From the human T2T-CHM13v2.0 reference genome, Homo sapiens: a DNA stretch of 64,000 nt. This document shows positions 17,330 to 34,877 of this stretch, in pieces. Made by a program: the position numbers and the translations under genes. The stretch's first letter is position 1. Every line of letters starts with the position of its first letter. The notes under the pieces were generated by a model. It saw only the letters and a program-made list of their open reading frames with translations, was not told where the DNA came from and did not search any database. The DNA lies in NCBI RefSeq assembly GCF_009914755.1, contig NC_060926.1; one strand, 5' to 3'.

Positions 17330-18350
17330 TTTGCACCCTGTGGCAAGGCCGCCAGGGACACTCAGCAGGGTTCCAGGCCACGGACCCCAGTTTATCAGCT
17401 CAGCGCCTAGTGTGGGCATTCAAGAAATTCTCGTGAATGAATAGCTGGAAGGCAGCGTGGGTGGAGGCGGGAAGAGGGGGCTTGAAGGAATTTCACGCAG
17501 CTGAGACCACTGCAGCGGCGCCCAGTCTGGGGAGGGAGAGACCGGGGCAAGTGGGAGAACCTGGGGCCAAGGCAGGGGCCGCCTCGGGCGCTGCTGGACC
17601 GGCAGGAGCAGTCGATCGCACCCAGAGCTGGGAAAATGCGGGCGCCGTCTCCGCAGGCCCCCCGCAGGGCGCTCTCCGGCCTCGACCACAGCCTCCGCCT
17701 AGCTCCCTGTCCCCGGCCTTCCGCATACAAGGGGTCCCAGCCGATAAGCCCTCCTTAGCCAATAGCCAACCCGGGACCCACACTCGCTCACCTGAAGCTC
17801 CACCGGCAGCACCGCGCTCCGCATCCGGCGCGAGCTTGGCAACCCAGTGGGTCCGCGGGATCAGCTGATTCATGGAGGGCGGGGCCTCCGGACAGGGCGG
17901 GGCTGCAGGGCGACTAGCGAAGGTAAACGAGGGCGCGGGCGGCTCTTGGAATCCGAGCTCCTGGGAATTGTTCTTGGGAGACTGTCGACGGCGTCTGTTG
18001 GGGGTCAAAATTGCTGAGAATGCGTTAGGCACTGCAGGCTACGTACTTGGGAGCACAGTCTCTCCCTTAGTTTAGGGCGGAGCTATCAGTCCTGAGATGC
18101 GCTTTGATGATGACGTAGAATAGAGTCGTCCAAGCCTAGCTACCCGAGCGCTCCCATGGTAACAGGCGGTGGTGAAAGTGGTTGGGAGCAGCAGTCGTTT
18201 GTTACCACCTCAAACTGCAAGGGCCGGAAGTATAAAAGTAAAAAGGCTGAAATATTTTCAAATTGCCTTTATGGACAGTACCCTAACAGTGGTCGCTTCT
18301 CCCCCCTACTCCCGCGAATGACGTCATCGCCTCGCGGCCCCGTTTCGCCA
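17330..18350. promoter_or_regulatory. ALS2: CpG island / ALS2 promoter
   Basis: High GC and CpG density; GC boxes gggcggggc at 17877-17885 and 17896-17904; ETS CCGGAAGT 18224-18231; CRE TGACGTCA 18319-18326; X-box-like GCTCCCATGGTAAC 18150-18163. Confidence 0.92.
17792..17855 (-). other. ALS2: ALS2 non-coding exon 1 (5' end approximate)
   Basis: Strong donor CAG|GTGAGC (GT at 17791-17790) inside the CpG island, just downstream of the GC boxes. The TSS cannot be fixed from sequence. Confidence 0.85.
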
Positions 18351-19112
18351 TTGTATCCTCAATGTGTAAACTTACTGGTTAGTTGCAACCCCAAAAGATG
18401 GGGTGGGATAGGAGAAAATGAAGTGGCCTCTCCAGTGATTCCCGTAGTACTCCCCAATATACAATCAGTAAAATCAGCTTTCTTGTCCCGCGCACAGTTT
18501 CATAACACTGTTTTTCGCAGCCACAGTCCCACCCCACCCAGCCTGCACTCTCAAGTCCTCCCATGATTTTATGATTTTCCAGAGCTGCCACTCATGTCGC
18601 ACAGTGGGTGCAAACCTTCTGCTGCTAGGCATTGTGCCATCGCTGGACCTGCAAACATGCAAATATTTAGACCATCAACGACAGATGTGTAGTCGGGTTC
18701 TGAAACTCCTATATCCTATTCACCAACACCCTCAACTCAATTTCCTCCCTGATCCTTCGCCCACCTGCAAAACTGTTAGTCTGCAACAGTTCAACCAACC
18801 TTGCTCACTCCTGCATCGGTGCAGAAAATCACACAACCCTGAGAATTGGCACCACTGCGAACGAAAAGTGTCCAACTTCAGTCGGGACTTCCACGTGCGA
18901 CTACGCAATATTGCTGAGCCTAAGACAGTCACATTTACACATTGCTACTCAGATTATCTCCTATTCCCCTCCCCTGCTGTTCCCAGCCCTCACGCTCTTC
19001 TAACCTCTTACTGAACTCTACTCACTCACCCGCTTTGGTAAAAATAAAAATAAAAAATTTTGTCTCTTACATCTCTGAGGAAAGTGAGACCACTAGAGGT
19101 GAATTTCCTTAA

Positions 19113-19511
<399 letters not shown>

Positions 19512-19554
19512 TGAACTCAGGATCCCTAATCTCCCCAAAGGAAAGACTTTGTTC

Positions 19555-20413
19555 TGTTGATGAAAAAAGACAAACTTTATAAAATATTTGAAGAGGTTAA
19601 ATATACTCTGATCGAAACATGAGTAACCATGGCCTGGGACACAGCCTCAAGAAGTCCTGAGAACATGTGCCCAGGGTGGTTGGGTTATAGCTTGGTTTTA
19701 TACATTTTAGAGAGACAGAAGTTATAGGCAAAGACATAGATCAATACATGGGGGGCCGGTGGTGCTCACAGATTATAGGTGGATTCAGAGACTTTATGAT
19801 GGGTTGAAAAAGCTAAGCTTTTCCTAAAGAGTTGAAGTTAGCAGAAAGAAATATTTGAGTTAAAATGAAGGGGGTTATAGAAGCCAAGGTTCTTGTTACG
19901 TAGATGAAGCTTCCAGGTAGCATATGTTATAGGACCTTAAAATGTGTCAGACTCTTGGTTAAATCTCTCCTGGATCAAGAAAAGACCTGAAAAAGGAAAG
20001 TGATTCTGTATAAAATGCAAATTCCCCCCACAAGAGACAGCTTTGCAGGGTCATTTCAAAATATGTCAAAGAAATATATTTTGGGGTAAAATATTTTTAT
20101 TTTCTTCAGGGCCAACTATCTGTCTTGTAATGCTATACCATAGTCAGGTTAGAGTTGGATAATCTTATTGCTACAAGAGTCTATTTTGTCAGTCTTATGA
20201 TCTCTATTTTCATTTCATGAAAATGGTTTAGACCACTTTAATGCTGGTCTAAACTCCAAAGGGAGAGGATATAATGAGGTATGTCCAACCTGCCTTCGCA
20301 TCATGGCCTTAACTAGTTTTTAAGGTTTTCTTTAGGATCCCCTTGGCCAAGGAGGGTGGAGGGAGATCTATTCAGTTGGTTGGGGGGGCTAAGAATTTCA
20401 TTTTTTATTTACA
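19555..20413 (-). mobile_element. ERV1 MER4-group solo LTR
   Basis: TG...CA ends; gtcctgagaacatgtgccc..cttggttttatacattttag..gacagctttgcagggtcatttcaaaatatgtc..ccccttggccaag. Confidence 0.8.
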
Positions 20414-20842
20414 TTTCCATTACTTATCCCTTCTCCTTCATGTATTTTCAACCTCTGCCTGTCTTCTTATTCCTATATACTTACAGTGTATAAACCTGCT
20501 ATCTATCTCATCTTTAATTTTTTTACTTTCTGCCTTTTTTCCTTTCCAACCTCATTTCCTACCTCTACTTTCTGACTTCCCAGTCTTCCTCACCATTTCC
20601 TTAAGTCTACTGAAATCAATAGTCATCTTCTCATTTTGTAATCTAATGGTACTGTCATAGAATGGAAGCATTCTATGCAACCATCTAAAACAAAGAGGAT
20701 GATCTCTATATACTGATATGGAATGATCTGGAAATTAGGAGATAAGAGAAAAAAGCTAGATGCTAAGTCCTGTCCATAGTAGTCTACCAATTGTGTGTTA
20801 TGTATGTCTTTTCAGGAGAGAGATAGGTAGGTTGGAAGATAG

Positions 20843-22417
<1,575 letters not shown>

Positions 22418-22604
22418 AATAGATAGGTATAACATATATTTTTATCCTAGTATATGCATGTATTAGCTCTGAAAGGATAAAGAGTGGCTACCACTGTGGA
22501 GGGGAATCAGGAACAAGAGGGAGAAGAAAATTCACTTTTCCCTCTATGCCATTTTGTGCTGTTTAAATTTTTAATCATATGCTCTTTACTTATTTTTAAA
22601 GCTT

Positions 22605-22901
<297 letters not shown>

Positions 22902-23194
22902 TAAACATTTTCCTTAAGGGTCTAGTTCTCAATCGTATCTTCCTTTCACTTTTTTCTTCCTTGACTGCCGGGACACACTCCTTCCAAGAGTCATAGCAGG
23001 AGTTTCCCCCCTACTCCTTCAGACCTTTCCTTTACCTTTGCAGACTCCTTTCACCTGCCCCTTAAATTCAGGGACAAAATAAATATTTATTACATACTTA
23101 TTATGTGTCAGGCATTGTTATAGGCGCTGAAAAGACATAATAATGAATAAAATAGACACGAGTCCCTGATCTCATGGAACAAACACTCTGGTGG

Positions 23195-23725
23195 TGTGGA
23201 AGAGAGTCTCAACACGGAAGTCATCACTTCCTCCCTCCATGCATACAAACATCATTATTGACATCAAGAGATGGATCCTGTGTCCTCTCCCCGCAAATGT
23301 AGGCTAGCCTTGAGACTTTCTTTTTTAAGTAATAGAATGTGGCAGTAATGAAGTTCTGAATCAAGGCCTTAAAGAGAACTGGCAGCTTCCATGTTTCTCT
23401 CTAAAAAGCCAGCTTCCATGTTTTTCTCTAAAAAGCCAGCTTCCATGGTATACCCCAGATTGATTGACCATATGAAGAGAGAGGTCACATGGATAAACAC
23501 TGAGGTACCAGACATATGAGTAAAGCCTTCTGGGACCTTCCAGGTCAGCCCAGTCACCATCTGAATGCAGCTGAATGAGTGGCATCAGCCAATGCCAAGT
23601 GAAGCAGAAGAACAGCCTAGTCAAACACTTCCTGAATTCCTGACCTAAATTCCTGAGAAATAATAAGTTGTTGCTTTAAGCCACCAAGTTTTGGGGTGGT
23701 TGGTTATGCAGCAGTAACTGAAACA
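23195..23725 (+). mobile_element. MaLR MLT1-type LTR with 27-bp tandem repeat
   Basis: aatagaatgtggcag..cttcctgaattcctgacc..ttgctttaagccaccaagttttggggtggttggttatgcagcag; cagcttccatgttt(c/t)tctctaaaaagc repeated about 2.4 times at 23383-23447. Confidence 0.8.
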
Positions 23726-24127
23726 AGTGGGAAGAATGGGAGATAATAAATCTAAAATATGGTAATGACCAGGGCTATAAAGAGGCAAAATAGTGCAGTA
23801 GCTAAAAGGCCATGCTGGAGCCAGACAGCCTGCATTCACATTTCAACTCCAGCTTTGTGACCTTGGCGCAATTTGTTTAACCTCCCTGTGTCTCAATGTC
23901 ATCATCCAGAAAACGGATAATAATGTTGCCTACTTTATGGAGTGATATGAGATTTAAATGACCTAATATATATAAAGTGCTATTGTACCTGGTACATAGT
24001 AAATGTTATGTATGTTGTTATTACTATTATTATTGAGAACAACAAAGAAAGGTGAGGAACTAGAAGGCAAAGGGTCTAATTTTATATTAACTGGACAGGG
24101 AAAGCCTCTCTTTTAAGAAGACATCTG

Positions 24128-24603
<476 letters not shown>

Positions 24604-24935
24604 TTATCTGAGTGATACAGGCAACCCTTGGAGGCCTTTTCACAGAGGGTTTTGTAATCTAGCTTCCCTTTTTCAAGGGATGATTGTTCTGCTTTGTGGA
24701 GAGTAGAGAACAGAATGTAGGAGTGGAAGATTGGAAGCGGAAAGATCAGTAAGAGGCTAATGTAATAGTTGCAGATAGTTATGATGGCTTAGCCCCAAGC
24801 GGCAATTGAGGAAAAGGTAAAAAGCGGTTTGGTTCTGGATGTATTTTGAAGGTAGAGCCTGCCATATTTGCTCATTGATTAGACATGAGCTTTGAAAAAA
24901 AGAATTAAGGCCTGAGTTATTGGTAAAGATGAGCT

Positions 24936-25199
24936 GGCTGGGTGCAGTGGCTTACGCTTGTAATACCAGCACTTTGGGAGGCTGAGGCAGGAGGATCACC
25001 AGAGGTCAGGAGTTCGAAACCAGCCTGACCAACATGGTGAAACCCCGTCTCTACTAAAAATGCAAAAATTAGCTGGACGTCATGGCATCTGCCTGTAATC
25101 CCAGCTACTAGGGAGACTGAGGCAGAAGAATCGCTTGAACTTGGGAGGTGGAGGTTGCAGTAAGCAAACTTGCACTCAACTCCGTCTCAAAAAAAAAAA
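24936..25199 (+). mobile_element. AluS element with right-arm deletion
   Basis: Alu consensus lacking about 35 bp before actccgtctc and the A tail. Confidence 0.9.
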
Positions 25200-25865
25200 T
25201 AAGCTGTAATTTACTGAGATAGGGAAGACTGGAAAAAGAGTATATTGGAGGCTATGGGAAGGAAGTATTAGGTTTTCATGTTCAGAAAGTGGCAATATTT
25301 TATATGGCTACTAGGCATTGACTGGATAGGAGTCTGGTGTTGAGGAGAATGATCAGGGCTGGAGATATAACACTGGAAGTCATTGATAGAAAAGAGAAGC
25401 AGTCTGAAGCCTGAGCCCTGGGACACTCATTCTATTTAGAGATTGTAAGATGGAAAGCATCTAGTCCAAGATCCTGCTGGGTTCTCTGAAGGGAGAAATC
25501 ATTTGTGTTTGAGAATGATTTGTGTTCGTGAATGAGAACAGAAAGAAGGCCAAAAATAGCTAGCAGAGAAGGGGTGAGAGGGAAGAGTGGCACAAAATGA
25601 GGTTACAACGATCATGTAGCGGTTGGTAGGCCAGAGTATGACTTTGTATTTTATCCTAAATCCATCAGAAAGTTTTAAGTGGGGGAATGACCTGACCTGA
25701 TTTGTATTTTTCAAAGTTCATTCTAGCGTGTGCTTTACAGGTACTTCCATTTCATTAAACAGAATATTAAAAAGATGTTTACTTAAGAGTTAGGAGTTCA
25801 TAAAATTAATATTATTTGTTTAAGTTCATTCAGACTGAATAGATTATAGGAAATTTAGGAAGGAA

Positions 25866-26593
25866 GTAACCGCCCAATGGCTTCACCTTTCCTGCTGCCT
25901 AGACAGAGCTGATTTATCAAGGAAAATTTATCAGGGAAATTACAATGGAGAAAGAGTAATTCAGGCAGAGCTGGTGTGCGGGAGACCAGAGTTTTATTAT
26001 TACTCAAATCAGTCTTGGGGGATCGGAGCTTTTAAAGACAAAGTGGCAGGTAGGGGCTTGGGAAGTGGGGAGTGCTGACTGGTAAGATTGGAGATGGAAT
26101 CATAGGGGGTCGAAGTGGGTTTTCTGGCTGTCTTCTGTTCCTGAGTGGGATGACAGAACTGGTTGAGCCAGATTATGGGTCCGGGTGGTGTCAGCTGATC
26201 CATCCAGTGCAGGGTCTGCAAAATATCCCAAGCACTGATCTTAGGTTTTATAATAGTAACATTATCCCCAGGAGCAATTTGGGGAGGTTCAGACTCTTGG
26301 AGCCAGAGGCTGCATGACTCCTAAACCTAATTTCTAGTCTTATAACTACCTTGTTAGTCCTGCAAAGGCAAACTGGTCCCCAGGCATGAAGGGGCCCTTT
26401 TTCATGAAAGGGTTATTATCAATTTTGTTTCAGAGTCAAACCATGAACTGATTTCCTTCCCAAAGTTAGTTTGGCCTTCACCCAGGAATGAACAAGGACA
26501 GCTCAAAGGTTAGAAGCAGGATCGAGTCGGTTAGGTCTGATCACTTTCACTGTCATAATTTCCTCAGTTTTAATTTTTGCAAAGGTGGTTTCA
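25866..26593 (-). mobile_element. ERV1 LTR8-like solo LTR
   Basis: taaccgcccaatgg..tgctgcctagacagagc..gggagaccagagttttattattactcaaatcagtct..aatttttgcaaaggtggtttca. Confidence 0.85.
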
Positions 26594-26795
26594 GAAGCAG
26601 GGAAACTTAGTAGAAGGTATTGCTTTAGGCCAGATGAGGGATGGTGATGCTTGGACTAGAGAGAGACAGCTGTATGAATAGAGAATTAGATAGATTTGAG
26701 TTACTTTCTGGAAGTAGAATTGACATGATTTACTGATGGATTAAATGTGAGATTTTATTTGTATGCTGCCTGGGTTTACTTTTCTGAGTAACTGA

Positions 26796-27149
<354 letters not shown>

Positions 27150-28673
27150 TGAACTGGAGAAAACTAAGGAGAAGCCATCTCTGCACAGTTCAAGAAATCT
27201 GTTTTTGCCATATTATTAAACTTTGGAATACCTTTTAGGCAGTCAAGTAGAAATGTCAAATTGACAGTTGGTGTTGTAAAGAAGTCACGCTGGAGATTTG
27301 AGAATTATTCATAGATAGGCGCCGTTCAAAGCCAAGGGACTAGATGAAGTTATCTAGAAGCAAAGTACAGATAAGGCCCAGACTGAACACTGGGTCCACT
27401 CAAATTAGGAAGTTGAGCAGGGGAGGAGGAATCAGCAAAGATGGTTGCAGAGGAGTCCCCAGAGAGGCAGGAGGAAAACCAAGGAAGTGCCCACTTCACA
27501 GAATCAAGGAGGCTTTCAAAAAGGGTGGCATGATTATGGTGTTAAATGCCACCAAAGAGTAAAGCAAGGTAAGATCTGAGAAGTAGCCTTTGGATTTTGA
27601 TAGCATGGAATTTCTGGTGACTTGGCAAAGGCAGGTTTGTTAGAGCAATAAACCCAGAAACTTTATTGGGGTGAGTTAAAGACAGAATAGGAGGTGAGGA
27701 AGTGAAGACATCTCCTTCAAGGTTTGCTGCGGAGTCAAAACCTGGGGCAGTATCTAGAGAGGATGTGGGGTCAAGGTATAGAGTAGATACTCCAAACCCA
27801 AGCATTTAAAAACAACGATGACGACGACAACAGATAGCATGACAGCAAAGCTAGATTTTCTATTAGCAGAATCTGACCTTAAAAGGAAAACAGAAAAGAT
27901 ATCCAAATGTATCTCTCTATATATTGTTGTAGACTCAATACTGTGAGTGCACAGTCTGGGTCAAATCTACTTATAAGTTCTTTTATCATGGCATATATAA
28001 CACTAATTTACAAACCTGTCTGTCTCTCTTATTAGAGTCTAAGCTCTCAATTTTACTTATTTTTAAATTCGTGAGTCTAGCACAGTGCCTTGCACTTTAC
28101 TGACTATTCGATGAATTCATTTATTGAGATTCAGCAATTTAACCATTTGTTGAAATGCAGTTCATTGAAATAGACATAAGTACTTGCCTTTTCTGTCACC
28201 TACCTGGTTGCCATTGCTTATAGTTCACATCCTGTGATTGGCTGCCCACTGGGAGGAATTGAAGAGAGTTCTTCCCACTTCCCTATCCTTAAAAGTCATA
28301 CAAGACAAGGATCTTCCTCGTCTCAAACGGCAAAAAGACTGAAAGCAATGGCTTTTCTTCCCCAGAGTGATCCACAAGTGTGGAGTGGTATGTGATGCAG
28401 CCTCTGGGAGGTGATGATATTTGGACTAATTTTAATAATGTTGCAATATGATATATTTTTAATGTACTATTTGCAAAATTCTTTGTGTGTGCATTTTATC
28501 CTCAAAACAACCCCATACTAGGAATAATTATTCCCAAAATACAGATGAAGAAACTGAGGCCCAGTGACCTGTCCAAGTTAATTCAGCTATTCTAAGTGGG
28601 AGACTCAAACCCAGGTCTCCAAACTCCAAATACTCTGCTTTCTCCCTACTTCAACCCCTAATGAATCAAGGTG

Positions 28674-28979
28674 TTTTTATTTTATTTTTTATTTTTTGAG
28701 ACAGGGTCTCACTCTATCACCAAGGCTGGAGTACAGTGGGGCAACCATGGCTCACTGCAATCTCGAACTCCTAGGCTCAAATGATCCTCCTGCCTCAGCC
28801 TCCTGAGTAGCTGGGACCACAGGCAGGTACCACCATATCCAGATAATTTTTTGATTTTTTGCAGAGACAGGGTCTCCCTATGTTGCCCACACCAGTCTTG
28901 AACTCCTGGCCTTAAGTGATCCTTCCACCTCAGCCTACCCAAAGTGCTGGGATTACGGGTGTGAACTACCACGCCCGGA
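28674..28979 (-). mobile_element. AluJ-like element
   Basis: Diverged reverse Alu; TSD-like aaggtgtt. Confidence 0.9.
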
Positions 28980-29372
28980 CAAATTAAGGTGTTAAGTAGA
29001 GTTCAGGACTAATATAAAAAGTGCGGTTTAAGAAAGGGATGATAGAGGATGACAGAAATGAAATAACAAGGTCAGTGAAGGCCAGTATTAAAAACTGAGG
29101 ATAAGATTCATGGGAGGGTGGTACAGGGATATGCCTTAGAGGGGGATCGGAATGAATACTAAGTAAACATTGGTTCCAGGGGCCCATCCTGTGTGTGTGT
29201 ATGTGTGGGTGTGTGGGAGAGGTGTATTCACATTTATATAAGTACTCTTATTTAATTTGACAAGTGTTTATTAGGACTCTAAAAGAGGTAGAAGATCTAG
29301 TTCATACCCTGACAGTATACTTACCATCTTGTGAGGAAAACAATAAAAATAGTGATTAGAATGAACAAATCA

Positions 29373-29708
<336 letters not shown>

Positions 29709-30051
29709 TCAGCCTTGAGGAAAGTCAGTGTTGGGGAGGGGAGGGCAAAGAAGCAAGTAAAGGTTTAGCAGACATGGCACCTCAGTCTGGACTTGAAGGA
29801 GGGCTAGGCACAAAGGAAGGGGAACATGTCAGATGAGAAACACGTGAAGGTTCAGCCAGATGAGCAAGGAAGGTTGGTTAGAAAGAGGAGCTGCTGGTGT
29901 GGCTCCTGTGAACACAGGTAGGTAGGGCACGATAGAGTCAGGCAGTTAGAAGCCAAGCTGAGGAATCGACACTTGATTCCATAGGTAAGTAGGGGAACTT
30001 GAGGATGTTTAATCAGAAATGGTCAAAGAGGCATTTAAAAAAACAAACTGC

Positions 30052-30414
<363 letters not shown>

Positions 30415-31868
30415 CTACTTAACTATTAAAATAGAGATTGTGTGTTTGTGTGTGTGTGTGCATGTTACATTTTTTATTCTTACTAAATTAGATTACATTT
30501 CCTCTCTCAAGTTAAACAAGGTAGTTAAGAATAACTTAGATTATTGTTTTTAAAAAATATATGCTGAGATTCTAAGTGGATGAGATCTTAGAAAAGGGGC
30601 ACTCACCCCTCATTGACATCTGGGAGTATTTTACTATGTGGCTGAACTTCATGCAAGAAGATAAAGCCCAAAGTGAAGAGCAAAGACCTGCTGATGACAT
30701 GCGGTAATTTGGAGGAATGATTTAAATAGCAATGCTTCTATTCATCTCATACCAAAAAATAATGAGTGGACTGAATGATTAATCACCAGCTGCAGGTAAG
30801 CAGATGCTAGCTTGCTATTTTTAAAATGGAAGCACATGCTGTTTGAGACTGGTTGAGACACATTCATAAATCCTATATTGACTTATAAGTAATTAGACAT
30901 CAAAGCAAGAATATTTTAATAAAATGTAAATATCTATATTTAAATAAAATGTTCTTCTATATCTGAATAGTTTTATGCAATGTGTGCCTAATGGTGTTAT
31001 ACTTCCCTGTCTTTTTCTTTTCTTGTCTCAGTGTTGTTGGCAAAGCCTGTACTGTTGACATGGCCTAGCATTCTGATCTCAAGCTGGGCATTACAAGCAC
31101 CCTGGTTGGTTTGTTTTTTTCTTTTTAAAATTTCTTTCTTTTTTTTTCTAAAAATTAAGAGCAGTAGTTTAGGGCTAAAGAGCTTCTTTTTTCATATTAC
31201 AATGCATAACACATACATTTCTATATACGTTTTTATTTAAAAAGCATTAGTCCCCCATCTACCAAAAAATCATGCCTCAGATATTTATTTGCAAGTGAAT
31301 TGTTTTCCCATAGAAACAGTGAGGTTAATAATGGTTTAGTTCCTGGGCTTACTTACAATTACTGATTTATGATGTCGTTCTTAGCTGAAAGCAATGCTTT
31401 TGCAGTATTTTGTAATTTAGAAAATGAGAAGAAAAAACCCTTGGTATGGAGTGAGTCATTTTTCATGAATATCGGTGCTTAGAGAAAAGCATGTTTCAGG
31501 GTACCAGGACCGAGAGATCCACGGAAACCATGGAGTTGTGGGGCACAGCGAAGAAGGGGTTGGTGAGCAGAAACAGCACCCTGCCCAGCCATATGGGAGC
31601 CCAAAGCAGAAGGAACAATGTGTGCCTTTATACTTATGGATATCAAAATATCCTTCCACATATTGAATCAAGTAGAAAAATTAATATAATTCCTATAATT
31701 TGGGAAACACCTATATATAAAGCCCTGTGTTGTCGATCTGTTCTCACATAGAGATCAACCCTCTCTGTAGGGGCTGGGGCAGAGAGGAGGATGGGGAGGG
31801 GGGGCCCTCCTGGCAGCCCAGTGACCTGGGACCTGTGGACTGATTGGAAACCACTATTCTCTTTTTAA

Positions 31869-32297
<429 letters not shown>

Positions 32298-33693
32298 TGA
32301 GTGTTTTGGGGTCCCCTTATGCTTCCTCTCAGTCCCAGCACCCATGGGAAACAGTGAGGAAGGGAGCTACATAAGGGGTCCCCCAGGCGAAAATATTCCC
32401 TCTTTTTCTTTTTCTCCATTCTTTTTCTTTCTTCCTCTCTCCCTCCCTCTCTTCCTTCCTTTTTTCCTTTCCATTTTCTTTTCTTACTTTGCACCTCCAT
32501 CCCTGGCTGCTATAGAAGACTCTGCTATGGGCAGGAGCCAACTGGATACTAGGGGCTGGGAGCTGGGAGGAGGACAGAATTTCTGAGGGGTGAATGGCCT
32601 AATCAGTTTTACACAAAGCTTTAAAATACTTAATTTTTAAAAAGTGTGGTTAGCCCCTCTACATTTCAGAGCCTTGGGGCCAAGTCTGGCTTGTCTGGCC
32701 CTAGCAACTGCTAGGCTTATGTATGTGATAAAGGCAGTTGGAAGAGTGAGAAAATGTTATGAAGCAACTGGATAGGGCAAAGAAAAAAGATTTTTTAACA
32801 AAGGATGTGTGTACATTTGAGAAAGAGTGCCTGAGGTGGAACCAACTTGGCTGTGAGTAGCAAAGTCCAAGGAAAATTGGGGTAGGTGAAGAGGTTTGGG
32901 GTTTGGAAGGGCATCATCATCTTGAAAAAAAAGTTGGGAGGGAAGAAAAGTTGATTTGGTCAGTTCTCCATCCTGACCACCGAGTGGTGCTGTCGGTACA
33001 AGGCTGTCTTCTTTCTGGAAAGAGAGCCAGAAAGTGTCCAGGCACCCTGGGATTGAGATGGGAAGAGGGAGTCTTAGAGGATCTCCCACACAATTTGTGA
33101 ATATCAGAAATTTACAAATCAGGTTTTGCAACTTGCATTTATTTGTATTTTATACATCCACAAAACATGCAGCATATTTTAAAGTAATAATAACTTGCAG
33201 AAGACTTTTCAAACAGTTCTAAAATTACTGTTTTTAGTACTGCGGAGTGTGCTGAACTTCATGAAAAAGGAGGGTTTCCAGGCCAGACCACTTTATTCTG
33301 ACACAGCAGGAAACTTTAGGATAATATTAAAGAAGTTAATGGGAGCGTTTCAGTGTACTTCACAGGAATTAACAAGTTGTACAAAGATATCATCATTCTT
33401 TAGTCAATAGGCTGGGCACTTCTATAGTGGACTGATTGTTCTGCATGTACACTGACTGTGAGGGAGTGCTAGAGAGAGAGACATGGAATTGAAGACAGCA
33501 GGTGGAGGAAGCTCACCTCAGCCTCTATTTTAGTAATGCATGTTTCCTGTCAGAGAGGAAGTTTTTTCACATGAGTATCAAAAAGCAAATCCCACATACA
33601 AGGAATGATGTGCTGAGCTCTCAGACCCATTGTGTCAGGGGAAAGGGTGCTTACTCACAGTACCCAGGTCCTCATTGTTGGAGATATGGCTAA

Positions 33694-34022
<329 letters not shown>

Positions 34023-34877
34023 GAACCAGTGAGTTTAAATTCTAGTTCTGATATCTATGCTCTAAAAAACTTTGAACAATTTGCAGTTTTCTTATTCAAA
34101 ATTGGGGGAATAAATATCTACATCACAGAATTAACTAAGATAATGTATGCAAAGTGCTTGTTTAGAACAGATACAAAATGGTAGCCATATTCGGTGATAA
34201 TGCCTACTGAAGGAAGGCAGAAGCAAGCGCAGGCACAAAAACTCTGGTATGACTCATCATCTCCACATTCTTAAATTGTATGGAGAAGGAAAATGGTGAA
34301 GTAGGCTAAAAGTATGGCCTCTGCAGCTGATCCACCTTGGTTCAAATCCTAGTTCTACCACATCTTGCTTATTTGGGCAAATTATTTAATAATTTTGCCA
34401 CAGAATGGTTATGAGTAAATGTAAGTAAACCATGTGTTTGCCTTCTTATTTTCACTTCCTAGAGCCAGAAGACTTGGACTAAATTCATGACAAGTTGCCT
34501 CACTCTGGGACCTGATTGTGCTATATTTGCAACCTGTTCTTTATAAAAAGAACGTTGAGTCATTCTTTTAAAAATTCATGCTGTTATACTGAGAGTGGAA
34601 AATTAAATATAAAGTTGTGGTTCTCCATTTCAGGGGAATCACATCATCAGTTCAAGTCCTTTCTGGAATTTTCCCATAGTCCATTCAGACTCAAGAAACC
34701 AATCAACCGTATAAATGCAAAGAAAAACAGAAAGTATCCAGTCTGTAGAAGCATAATTTTCTTTTTTGTTTAGACTGGAAGAAAGAAGTCTTCCACTTTC
34801 CCTGCTTCTACAGCTATCCCAAGTATTCCTACAGTTTGAGATGACGAGTCCTTTTTTAGGTACAGTGTTCAGTACAC

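Noticed and set aside
17407-18075. Overlapping 67-179 aa Ala/Pro/Gly-rich ORFs on both strands
   Set aside because: Stop-codon depletion in the GC-rich CpG island; no recognisable domain, and the longest reads through the ALS2 exon 1 donor.
23383-23447. 27-bp direct repeats, plus 1782-1835 and 12114-12309, as CRISPR-like arrays
   Set aside because: Only 2-3 adjacent copies with no unique spacers, inside primate transposons or introns; simple slippage duplications.
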